Source: Chrysomallon squamiferum
Taxonomy: Eukaryota > Animalia > Mollusca
DNA: 64,000 nt
NCBI GenBank assembly: GCA_012295275.1
Contig: CM022671.1
Coordinates: 34,534,001 to 34,598,000, forward strand
Direction of reading: 5' to 3'
In this document: in pieces, positions 1 through 13,530 of the stretch
How the letters are laid out: each line of letters opens with the position of its first letter
Position numbering within the stretch: position 1 is the first letter of the stretch
Translations under genes and position numbers: made by a program
Notes under the pieces: generated by a model
What the model saw: the letters and a program-made list of their open reading frames with translations, nothing else
Told to the model about the DNA's origin: nothing
Database searches by the model: none

Positions 1-616
1 AAAAGAGTAGAAGAGAAAGAAATCTCCCGTCCCCAAATGTTGTTATTCAAAGATGGCGGACATTTTTGCTTTTATTTTTGACTGGTCACCATGACGTTGT
101 TTTAAGCGTTTCATGTAGCGCAGCACCGGAGAGAAATCAGTGCCGTCTTGTCTCGTTTCCGATTAAATCTCTTGGCGACCTTTCGGTGCCTCGATAAAAA
201 TGGAGAAAATGCCAGGGAGTTGTAAAAGCAAAGCAAGAAATGCCACGTGTTAAGAGATAGCAGCAATTTCAAATGAATGATCGTTAGCGTTAAACAAAGC
301 TATTAAACTCTACCACTGTTTACGATGAAATGCATTTTATTTTCGTTTTCTGTCGTTAAATTCACGTTAGATGCACAGACGTATTTCCCAAATGGTATTT
401 TCTTATTATGTCTTTGCAGATTTTAATAACAATGTTCAGTGACTTTCAAGGAATTAGTTGATTTTATTATTTATTTATTTATTTTTTTATTTTTTTTTGT
501 GTGTTTTGTGAGTGAAGGATGTGGTTGTGTTTGTAAATGTCGGTTGAAAAAAGAACTAAGACTGGCAATGACAGAGGAGTCAAACGTGAAAGAATAATTC
601 ATTATTTTTTATGTAA

Positions 617-689
<73 letters not shown>

Positions 690-824
690 TTAAATAAAAT
701 AAAAAGTTATAGAATGCTACTATTACCATACAACTATTTTATCTACTGCGATTCCTACAACTATTATTACTACTACTATCACTACTACTACTACTACTAC
801 TATTACTACTACTACTAGTACTAC

Positions 825-874
<50 letters not shown>

Positions 875-928
875 CAACAATAGCAATAGTAATAATATAA
901 CAATAATAGCAATAACAACAACAACAAC

Positions 929-980
<52 letters not shown>
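617..980. repeat. Compound (AAT)/(ACT)/(AAC) microsatellites
   Basis: Directly visible. Confidence 0.9.
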
Positions 981-1491
981 CCTTAATTATAAGCTACACC
1001 ATTGAATCTCTTTATCATATACCGAAGCCACTCTAACATTTCAAACTGAGACAGAACACAATTATCTAAAACTTGTTAGCGAAAAGAAAAATCCTCAAGC
1101 ATCTTAAGTCCTCTATGGTGTATGTGGAGAGTTCAATTTACTCGACTGCTGAAATAAAATTCGCCTCGATTGCAATCGACAGATGAATAAAAATAAATGG
1201 CAGTTTTATGTATTTTTCAACTTGAGAGTCGAATACATGAGGAAACAGGCAGAAAGAAAGAAAGAAAAAAAAAAGACTTGTCATTTCTGAGATTGTGGAT
1301 AAAAAAAGAAAAATGATGTATGAATGATAGTTTTATTTGATTAGAGACTTAAGCGACATGGAGTTATAATTTTGATAAACTTAGTGTCAAAAAATATGAT
1401 TAATAATTGTCGTAAAAAAAGATATGAAGAAATAAAAATAAAATAATAATGAAGAAATAAAAAGAATCGCTAGCAAGCAGATAATGTAATT

Positions 1492-1563
<72 letters not shown>

Positions 1564-1830
1564 GAACAGAAATTCAACACAATGGCAAACGACAGATCTT
1601 CTTTTAAAATGCATCACAAACCACAACAATACGAGAAAGACGGCAACATGATGATACAGCTGCTGCTGATGATAATAATAATGACAACTACAGCATTGAT
1701 AATGGCGGTGGTTTTTGTACTGATGATGACGATGATAATAATGGTGATGATGTTTATTCTGACAATAATGATTATGATGACGATAATAATGATGGCAATG
1801 ATGATAATAATAATAATTATTATTATTATT

Positions 1831-1865
<35 letters not shown>

Positions 1866-1970
1866 TTTATAAAACAGACGGTAAAAAAAAAGTGATTATA
1901 CTTCATTTTCAATTCCCGTTAAACAAAATCAATTCGTCCCCATCACGAAGACAAACAATATTTCACTGAC

Positions 1971-2084
1971 CTTCGTTTCAAATATGGCTGACCTTCTTCC
2001 CCTTCTGGCGACAGGTGGCGACGCTGGCTCGACTTCCACTTCCGATCCATCTGTTACACTTCCGGAACTAAGACGTCGCTGTGG
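1971..2084 (-). CDS. Internal exon (114 nt): PQRRLSSGSVTDGSEVEVEPASPPVARRGRRSAIFETK; gene continues off the left edge
   Basis: Acceptor gtgttttgcAG, donor AAG|GTCAGT, GC-rich, phase 0 to 0. Compatible with the donors at 22285, 16347 and 2575. Confidence 0.85.
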
Positions 2085-2301
2085 CTGCAAAACACCATCA
2101 ATAAGACAAACATTAGCAACGTGACGTGAACAACGATTCTGGACACTCGCCAGGAACACGAGTTCATCTTATTTACAAAACTGGGCGATAAAAGATCCGT
2201 GCAATACGTCGTAACCACTTTACACAGTGCAAACATAACTATTCACTTCTTTACACTTTAACTGATTAAGGGAGAAATATATATATATATATATATATAT
2301 G

Positions 2302-2417
<116 letters not shown>

Positions 2418-2574
2418 GAGACAGACAGACACAGAGAGAGAGAAAGAGAGAGAGAGCAAGTATGTATCTGTCTATGTATGTTTATAAATTATGTATGTTT
2501 GAATGATTGTATGTGTATACGATAGTCCGTATGTCCGTATGTCCGTACGTACGCATATGAAAGTACGTAATTAC

Positions 2575-2592
2575 CTCTGTGAATGAACGTGT
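2575..2592 (-). CDS. Candidate 18-nt microexon (TRSFTE in phase 0)
   Basis: ctgattttattttgtcAG|ACACGTTCATTCACAGAG|GTAATT. Frame-preserving, about 490 nt upstream of exon 1971-2084. Confidence 0.5.
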
Positions 2593-3460
2593 CTGACAAA
2601 ATAAAATCAGACTAACCTCGGTCTAATAACATTTTCTACATAATAATAAAATTGCCTGCAGCAAGTTCAAATTACTTCAACAAAACTGTATCTCACTGGC
2701 GAAATAAAATTCAGTAAAGCAATTTTTTTTTTCTTCTTCTATACAAAGGCCAAACCCAGTTGTTTTTATGACTGCAGGGTTTAATATGTTATGGTTGTTA
2801 CGGAACAATGTCAGATAAGAAGCAGTCTAATGAAGGTGGATAGGACCTCGGGGACACATTTCAACTCACGTACGTATAGACAGCCCACCAACACAGCACA
2901 GCATTTCATGTGTTTGCCCTTAATTTGTTATGTCATTGAATCATATTTTTTATCGTAAAGATCTTTTTTTGCTTTTCGGTAATTAATTAATTAATTAATT
3001 TGTTTATTTAACTTTCACAAATGTTTTGTTTGTCAGTATGTATTTATTATATAAGAAACTGCTATCTCTCTTTCTATCTGTCTTTCATGTTCTCTGTCTC
3101 TCTCTCATTCTATCTCTCTATCTCTATATCTATCTCTCCCTGTTCTAAAATCTCTCTATCTCTCCCTGTTCTAGAATCTCTCTATCTGTCTTTGTGTCAA
3201 CAACACTTTTAATGTTATTTCTGTAAACTTGTCGTTCTGTTTGATTCTCTTTATATTTATACCTGACAACAAGCCACAAATATGATGATGATGATGATAA
3301 TTATGATGATGATGATAATTATTATTATTATTATTGTTATAATTACTATTAATATTATTACTGCTATTATTATTACTATTATATTATTATTGTTATTATT
3401 ACTATTATTACTATTATTATTATATTATTACTATTATTATTATTATTATTATTATTACTA

Positions 3461-3558
<98 letters not shown>

Positions 3559-4204
3559 ACAAACAATAACATCTGTTGGCTTGTTAAAGGTCAGACGCTT
3601 GCCAGGAATTGAACTTGAGATCAGATCAATAGACTCGAACGACGAAAACATAATAAAATAGTTTGACTTGCTTTTAGCTAAAACCCACAACAAACTTAAT
3701 AACTTGAGAGGAAAATCATAAACTTAACAACGTTACGAATCTCGTGACATAAAGATGTTAGGAAAACAGTGAAGATAAAACCAGAAGTTTATTAAATCAA
3801 AAAATGAATCGCGGAGTTTAGAGAAGTTGCAAACAAGCGTCGAGGATAACTGATGAGTAAATGTGATAACGCCGAAGAGCAGTCATTGATTAAAAGACAT
3901 TTTGAATTTTCTGCTGTATGTCAATTTAAACACAAGCCCAAATATTTAACTATGAACAAACGTAATATATACACATATACATGCGTATATATACACCATA
4001 GATACATATACATATATACAGACATACATAATGCATGCATACATACATACATACATATGTATATACACACTCACATATCAAAACTATATATTTTACATTT
4101 AGTAGTTCATTAATCAAACAAGTCTTTCCTGCACTATCCGAGATGAGATATGAAAATGTAAGTGACTGTCCTATAGTGAACTTTAGAGCGTCTTTTGATC
4201 TATC

Positions 4205-4259
<55 letters not shown>

Positions 4260-4469
4260 TACATATTAAGAAAGAAGAAAAATGAAGGTGTAATTGTAAG
4301 TAAGTGGAACTGTCATTTTCAAACTCGTGTCAGGATTTGGCTTAGCGGCATGAAGTATGATTAGCGGCGAGATCAGTTCTTTTTAGTGTTCGAGCTAGAG
4401 TCTTAATGTCTGATTTATTAAGCGTCTTGATATGTTATTAAAGATTGATGAAAAGGAGCACAAAGTGAT

Positions 4470-4880
<411 letters not shown>

Positions 4881-6329
4881 GTAGATATATCGTGGGTACT
4901 GGGTAAGACCGTGAATGTCGTGTTTAAACATAACTGTGTGTATAATTTAAAATGTTTCTGAGAGTCTTCATTTTATCAGTCCGTCAATCCGTACTTTCCT
5001 CTAACGATTCCCCTCTCCGTCTGTCCAGCAGCTAACTATCTGTGCGTTTGTCCGTCACCGTCTCCGTCTGTTCAAAAATTCATCCACCCATCCATCCTGT
5101 CGCAAGTGTATCTCCCCACTCATAACTCCACACATCCATATTTATTTATCTTTTCTTCAGTGCACACATCCTTACGACGCAATAGAAGAGTTTTTCCAAA
5201 AAGAGGATCAGTAATAATGGAAATGAAATGGCAGCTGAAATTACTCGGCCGGTTCTGCATATAAACCTACTATAAGACGCTGCACGAATTTAATACCACA
5301 GCTAATTGTGTTGACGGCACAATTCTCATGAAATCTTCTGACACTGGGATCGATCAGTTTTCAAAAGACAGAAACGGCATGCTATAAGTTTAATTTCCTC
5401 CGGGATGGGTTCATTTGTCATCCTCTTCGTTTTTATGAATAGTCTGTAAATAACGTCTTTGTCCCGCGCGCGCACCGGAACAATCTCGAAGAAGGATCAC
5501 TCGAATAAACGGGAGGGATTTACCTGGCGAAATTCCGCCAGGCGAAAATGTCAATATTCGTTTATCCGCAGCCGACTTCGGAGTTTTAGCCCGGAGCATC
5601 GCGATTTTAAGCCCGGTCATTAATTTAGTTTGTTCGTTTTAAATAAGCGAAGCTTTGTTCCGTTCCTGCATTATGTCGAAACCGCGTTGCAGCGTATTCC
5701 GTTCTGTAATCAATTGGCAATTTATTCTCGTGGTTCGTGTAGCTGTTATTGTTATTACTGGAAGACGAATGGAAGACACGCCAGGCGAACGCCATTGTAG
5801 AAAACTGGCAAAATAATTTCAGTTCGTCTGTTAGTCTTCACAGTTAAGTAATTCATCGGAGCAAACTGATACCACCAACTTTTACAAAACCTCTATATAA
5901 TTTTTTTCCCGATCCAACAGGTTCCCAATGACAAAATGCTTCAGACACTACTTAAACATGATTTCTTGATTAAAGGAAATTCTGACAGCTACCAGAGTTT
6001 GAGTCATTTTTTTTATATTGAAAACAAATACATCTGCACGTGTAATATCCATTATCTGTTAATTCTGAAATAGTAGACGATTCCATCCAAGAATCATTCG
6101 ATTATAAACCACTGCTGCCATTTTTCAAGAGTCAGACATGACCACGCATAGTTCTATGACTTTATTAAGATTAGATGTATGATACAAGAATTTTATAATG
6201 AGAAAGAGAAAAAATATGAAAAGGAGGGAGAGAGAGACAAAGACTAGGTGACAGTTCTTACACTGGGAGCAAGACTGAATGAAAACGAGCAAGATAATCT
6301 TGAAGACAACAAATAGAAATACATCCAAA

Positions 6330-6830
6330 AGTAGATAGATAGATATATACATAGATAGAAAGATAGAGAGACAGAGAGACGGATACACAGACAGACATAC
6401 AGACAAATAGATAGATAGACAGATAAGTAGATAAATAGATTAATAGATAAAAGGATAGATGGATAGATACAGACAAAAAGACACATAGAGATAGATAAAA
6501 TAAATAAATGGATGGATAGATAGATAGGTAGATAGATAGACAGACAACAGACAGACAGACACATAGACAGACAGACAGACAGATAGGTAGATAGATAGAG
6601 ATTAGATAGATACAAAGACATACAGACAGATGGAAAGATAGATGTAAAGGAGTATGTAGACTGATAGATGATGGATTGTTAGATAAACAGACAAAGAGAG
6701 ATATATACACAGATGGATAAATGGATGGACAGTTAGAAACAAAGACAGGCAGACAGAGAGGCAGAGATAAACAGACACACCGATGGATTGATGGACGGAC
6801 GGGTGAACATGACAGACAGACAGAGAAAGG
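6330..6830. repeat. Degenerate (GATA)/(GACA)n tract
   Basis: Directly visible. Confidence 0.9.
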
Positions 6831-7810
6831 ACAGCACACGTTTGTAAGAGACGAAGTCTACGAGATTTCGCTGTCAACTGAAACATCCATTATTCATGAC
6901 ACGTTTTATCAATCTCAGAAAGAGAAGAAAAAAACCATAACAACAACGTAAAGCCGACCTTTGTGAAGCATCGTCTGCACTGATGACACCATCAGCGTCG
7001 TGACGACATTTGCATAGACGTAGGGTCGCGGCAACTGCCAGTACGGAATTCATCAAAACGTCGTTACAGGACAGAACTGTCGACAAAGGCAGTCTGTACG
7101 TCTGAAAGGGCGTCTTTCTCTGGAAGTCAGTACACAGAGAAATTCGATATTGTTGGACTTTTTAAACCGTAAAAATGGCGCAGCTGACTTAATTCCGTGT
7201 TAGAAGTAAATCATGTCACAGAGAGAGAGAGCTTTAACAAGCAAATTGCTCAACTGATGTCGTGCACAAGCGAAGTTTTCAACTTTGGAATTTAGCTAAT
7301 GGAAACTGCTAATCGAATCTGCTACACAAATAGTTTATTTCCTTACACAGATGCACAAAGATGCAGCTGTGTGGAGCAAGATAGTCCTGTCAGACAGACA
7401 GACAGACACACACACACAGACACACACACACACACACACACACAGACACAGACAGACACGCACAGACACAGACAGATAACAGTACAGTAAAACTATCGAA
7501 AGCTGGTCTTGCTGATTAATAAGAAAATACTGAATCTACAAATAAATTAAGGCAAACACTATCTGTTTAACGATCAATTTTGACTCCGGTCGAATTCTCT
7601 CTGCTAGAATTAACTTCAGACTGTGGTAAATACTTAACGGTTCTGTACAGTGGGTACATTTCAGTTTTTATTAGTTTTCTCTCAATTCTCCTGATGAATA
7701 TCACAAGAGCAAACATACCGATACATAATACTACCACACACCGGTAACTCGCCATATCCATACTAACAGTAACCTTGACTTTAGTAAGTTAGCATTTAAA
7801 AAAATAAAAA

Positions 7811-7955
<145 letters not shown>

Positions 7956-8525
7956 CAAATCTAGTAGAATAGAACAGAATCGAAAAACAGAACAAAATCA
8001 ACAAGATTTGGACATTAGTTGAAACAGATATATTTTCTTAGTAATCAATGGAAAAAAGAAAAACACTTCTGAATACATTTGAGTGAAGCATTTGAGAGAG
8101 CCTCCTAATAAGGAACATTTAAGATATATAACCATAAATATCTTTATAAAAATAATGAATGAAATGAAATGAAAATAAAGAAAAGAAAATGATATAAAAT
8201 AAAATAACATAAAAAGAAATAAAATAAAATGAAGTTAAATAAAATAAAATAAAGTGCAGCAAAATAAATAATTATTTATAAATAATAAGTTATTATGAAA
8301 TATTAAAAGGTATCAAAGCAATACTACAGATTAAAATTTCAAGAACAAAAAAAAAAAATATATATATATTTATAATATATATATATTATTGAAAATTTGT
8401 TTCTTTCTTTAACAAGAAGAAAGTAAAACAAACATTTGGAAATATATCATCTCTGCAACAGGTGCACGTTAATAAACAAGACAAAAAACAAAAACCTGGT
8501 TATTGTCTTAACATATCTGCTTTAC

Positions 8526-8589
8526 CCTGCGAAGTTGAGAATCGTACGATTCAACGAGGCTTTGCCGAGCTGCAGTGTCCTTTCGACCT
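8526..8589 (-). other. Possible 64-nt exon (GRKDTAARQSLVESYDSQLRR or EVERTLQLGKASLNRTILNFA)
   Basis: GC-rich block between ttttatcctgcAG and AGG|GTAAAG. Two frames are open, but no fully phase-consistent path was found. Confidence 0.3.
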
Positions 8590-8634
8590 CTGCAGGATAA
8601 AACTTATATATTAAGACAGATACCAATTTGTTAA

Positions 8635-8712
<78 letters not shown>

Positions 8713-9054
8713 CGTGCAATCATAAATAATTCAAAAATTAAATAAATTAGCTGTTTTATTTCTGAACACATTACTCTTGATTGCTGTAGATTCACGCATA
8801 CCTTTTTTTTTTCTTTTTTCTGGCGTACAAAGACCATACATCGAAACAAAATAGTTCTTCAATAACAAACGATTTATTTGTTAAAGAAAACTGCTGTTTT
8901 ATTATTATATTTATTTTAAACGTCTTTTATGATCTAAACAAGCAAATATTAAAATAGTAATTTTGAAAACTGTATGTATATATATATATATATATATATA
9001 GGATTAGGTTAGGGTAAGGGATTAGGGTTATGTGTGTGTGTGTGTGTGTGTGTG

Positions 9055-9102
<48 letters not shown>

Positions 9103-9759
9103 ACGTATATCTGTGCGTGTAAATAACAAGTTATTTATCGAAGTAAATACAGTTCCGTTCCAAAAAAAACAACAAAAAAAAACCACCATATTTTTTGGTC
9201 ATTGTCCAAAAACCACAGAAATATTATTACTCTACGTACGTATGTATGCATAGTTACAGACACCTTTTACATACATATTCACTCTATGACAAGCACACTG
9301 TATCAAAACAATCGCTTTAAAATTAACAAAATGCATTCGGGCTTTTAAATTTGGATCCTTTCACCACGGGAAGACCTTAATATTGAAACGATAAACAGAT
9401 TTCTCCAGCAGAATTGATATTTAACGAATCTAATAATTTTCGCCGGGAGAGGGAATAGATGTGATTTTTTTTTTTTTTTTGTTAATGCAGAACGCACAGT
9501 GAGAGACCAGCGCTATCAGATTGAAACACAGATGCTGTTGAGATGCTGCTCAGGTTGTTTGTAACAGATCTTGGCAACAAAATCTGGACAACCAATCAAC
9601 AAGTTAACATAATTATGATTCCGTGGAGTGTTTTCGGCTTGTGTAAATAACAGATCATTCTTAAAAAAAAAAGAAAAAGAGTTTGGCTGTGTGCGTATTT
9701 TTTTTTTTTTTTCTCTTTCACGTTCGTGTTGCCTACCTGTCTGTTCTTGTTGGAGATAC

Positions 9760-9818
9760 TGATAGTAGTAGTAGTTGTTCTTGTGTGGTTATAATTGTAA
9801 CTGTTATTGTTATTGTTA

Positions 9819-9873
<55 letters not shown>

Positions 9874-10085
9874 TACTACTACTACTACTACTACTATTAC
9901 TATTTTTGTTTTATTATTATTATTATTACTACTACTACTACTACTACTATTACTATTTTTATTTTATTATTATTATTATTATTACTACTACTACTACTAT
10001 TATTGTTTTATTATTATTATTACTGTTACTACTACTATTAGTATTACTACTACTACTACTACTATTACTATTACTATTATTATTG

Positions 10086-10138
<53 letters not shown>

Positions 10139-10165
10139 GTTATTACTGTTTCTGCTGCTACTGTT
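9760..10165. repeat. Compound (TAT)/(TAC) microsatellite
   Basis: Directly visible. Confidence 0.9.
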
Positions 10166-10859
10166 GTGGTATTTAAAAAGTAAAATCCTGAACACATCCT
10201 ATTATTGACAACGATCGATTGATTGAAATTTTGTCCTGTTTCTTCTAACAAATCTTGAAATCTAAACTAATCAAACTAAACAAATGAAGCGTTGTACTAT
10301 CTCAGTATTTCAATCATCTTCATCTACTGACGTATCTCGGTGCTTAACCGACTCCCTTCTGACAGACAGACAGGTATCGAGTTCGCAACCCCTGTGCGGA
10401 ATGTTTTAGCACAGGCAGAGGTTATATCTCATGTGCACGAATATGTGGATGTGTAGACAACTTTCTTGAAAATTATACAGTGAAGTGTATTTAGCCATTC
10501 ATTTTAAAATTAGTAATCAGAATAATGATAAAAAAACAAAAACAGAGCACAATAATAATTGATTAATAAAATAATACAATATAAATTCATCAAAATACAG
10601 CCAGTTCACCAATATAACACACCATTTTGTTACATTATTGTTTCATGCTGTTTATCGTAATGTCGTTTTTTGGGGGTTGTTTTTAGCTGGGGAGGTTTGG
10701 TTTTTTGTTTATTCATTCATTCATTTATTTATTTTATTAAATGAACCTTACTTCAAATTATAATAATTAAATTGATTATCTGTCATTCTGTATCTAACAA
10801 AAATGGATCAATGTTCATTAAATATTTAGTTGTTTGTTGTTGTTGTTGTTGTTGTTTTT

Positions 10860-11265
10860 TTTTTAACAATACTAATACGATTTATATCTAATGCTCATTC
10901 GGGAGAAGAAACCTGATACTGTTACACCTTGGGCTACTCGTTATAAAGTGATATGTGATACACACAGAAAACATATAACCTGAAAAGGCTTCAATAAATC
11001 TGTAATAACTGAAACGGGAATGACAACAATACGTATACTACTGGGAATCGATTCTGAAACTATTGACTTATATACAGTATAAAATTCTTCCATTACAAAA
11101 TAAACAAGATACACAAGGTACTACCAGTACCATCTATACACGATACGTCTTAATATTATAATTTAGCCTTTCGTAAACCAGTTATGGCTGGAACGGGAAA
11201 TTACCCAACTAGAGTGGATCTGCAATCGTCACCTCTCTGTCAAGCGCTCTAACCACTGAACCAAA
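10860..11265 (-). mobile_element. Highly degenerate SINE fragment(s), same family as 61022-61300
   Basis: Shares GAGAAGAAACCTG, TGGGCTACTC, GGCTGGAACGGG and GAATCGAT blocks. Ends in GCGCTCTAACCACTGA (reverse A-box-like); a (TTG)n tail is adjacent. Confidence 0.45.
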
Positions 11266-11422
11266 GTCTATTTTGAGCAAAGAATTCGCAGAGGACATAT
11301 TACGTTTCTGTAGTAATGACTCGACCAAATCAATAACCATAGAAACCACGGGAAAATGCGACTGAATGCAATATATTCACGTAACCAAGAGATCGTCTCA
11401 TATTTTATTTACATTTGTGTAA

Positions 11423-11454
<32 letters not shown>

Positions 11455-12179
11455 ATTTGTTATTTAACTTTATGGATACAGGCACGATCGTTATCTAAAT
11501 GGCAAATTCATTTGATGGACTGAGACTATGGTCGAAGTCACATCTTCATTAATGGACGGCATGAATTTATGTTAGAATTCTCGAATTTAAAACACAAAGC
11601 AGCAAAATAATAAAATTTAGTTTAATAAAAAAAAAAGAAAAAAAAAAGAATTGTCCGCAATTACGACGATGACAGGAACAACAACAACAACAACAACAAC
11701 AATTGTAATAATAATAATGATAATAATTATTATAATTATAATAATGATAATAATAGTTTTGTGCTTGCGTTATGTTACTGTGAAAGGAATTGTAGTAACA
11801 GTAATAATTGTTATATAATCAGCAGTGACCTATTATGTATTTTATTTTACCTACTTATTATTTATTTCTTTGTTTAGGTTTGTTTATTATTTATTTATTT
11901 ATTTACTGGTTGCATAACTTTCGGAATTATCAAAAGAAAATAGTTTATATTCCATTTTAAAATTCTGTATTTTGATTATTTAAGTTTTTCCTAACTTTCC
12001 ATAATAAATAGCAACTATTTTTTTGTTTAAATATATATATTTCTACATTAATTATCTTTTACCCACCACTGTGATATTTCTGTAATAAAATAATAAGAGT
12101 AACGTAATAGAATTATTATTTTTACTCACCACATTCGTTGCAATGTTATATCAGTAAATTACTCTAATATAATTTATAC

Positions 12180-12217
<38 letters not shown>

Positions 12218-13049
12218 GTACTTAATTCGAACCTGTTAACTTCAATTATTCGAATTATGCGGGTTTGATGAATAATGTACGGTGAAGTGTATTTAAATCG
12301 AATCTTGTCGTTTACTTGGAATTACTCGAATTAAGTCAAATTTATGTACAACACATTTACTGGATGACGTAAGACCATGATTAATGCAATGAAAACCAGA
12401 TTTCAAACATTGCTGTCTACAATGATGAGTTAAATTCTAATTTTCTTCTTTCCGTATGCGGGATTGCTGGAAATGATAATGAGATATTATCGTGTTTTAC
12501 TGTTCCAACCTGCTCTCACATTAAAAAATGCAGTGATTAAGAAAATTAAAAGAATGAAATATATATATATATATTATAATAATCATAAAGAAAAAATATC
12601 AAAATCAAAACGAAAAAAAAAATTGTGATGTGGAAACCTTTTCGTATTTTCTCTATCACACCGTTTTTTTTTTTTTTTTTCTTTATTATCATTTTCTTCC
12701 CTTTTCTTTCTTTCTTTCTTTCTTCTTCTTCTTTTTTTTTTATATATATATTTTTTTGCTGTTTTTTGTTTGTTTGTTTTTTTTGTTTGTTGTTTTTTGT
12801 TGTTAAATTAATGGTTCGATATTTGACAGCCATTTGCCACAGCTAAGCTCTGATTTCCATCAAGAATTCCCTGAACACGTCAATCACTTCTTTTTTTTTT
12901 CTTTTAGCTTTTAAAATAAGTCTCTTCGTCAGATAGACTGTTACAGAACAATACGGTTTGTTAAAATGATCACTTAATGCGATTTAACGCAATTGCTCTT
13001 CATATTTAAAACGTAAAGACAAATCGTACGAATAAAAACGTACGTATTT

Positions 13050-13530
13050 TATGACTTATTGCGTACTGACGAAAAACCGTGATAACGTACAAACGAATTA
13101 TACTATTCACGTGATTCATTACGTTCGTTCTTAAGATGACTAATCACATCGAAAAAAATATAAATAGTCACGTAATAATAACGAATTATTTATGGCTTAT
13201 CACGTAAAAAACAATATTAAGTGATCTATTACGTAAAAACGAATTACGTACAAATTTTATAAAATGACTTATCACGTACAAATATGTGATATGAATAATC
13301 ACGTAAAATCAGTATTTAGTAATTTATTACGTACTAATGGACTATACAAGTAAATCTGAATATATTTTGTGATTACACTATACAGCAGCAGATTTGACTA
13401 TTTAATAACGTAAATATTTCATAGTATGACCAATCAGGTATAAAAGAAATAACCGTATGGCTTAATCACGTACACATTTTATAATATGACTAATCGCATA
13501 CGAACAATTTGTATGACTAATCATACATAC
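13050..13530. repeat. Degenerate ~29-bp-period array with core ATGACTWATCACGTA
   Basis: Core variants near 13051, 13111, 13136, 13192, 13221, 13264, 13291, 13319, 13426, 13457, 13486 and 13513, with dissimilar AT-rich linkers. Confidence 0.7.

Noticed and set aside
6950-7120. GC-rich block as a coding exon
   Set aside because: Weak donor, unconvincing peptide, and its end phase does not fit exon 1971-2084.
9001-9030. TTAGGG-like repeats
   Set aside because: Only about 4 imperfect units, not enough to call an interstitial telomeric array.
13050-13530. CRISPR interpretation of the repeat-spacer arrays (here and at 54622-54763)
   Set aside because: The context is eukaryotic, the repeats are only 7-15 bp, the spacers are too short, and there are no cas genes.
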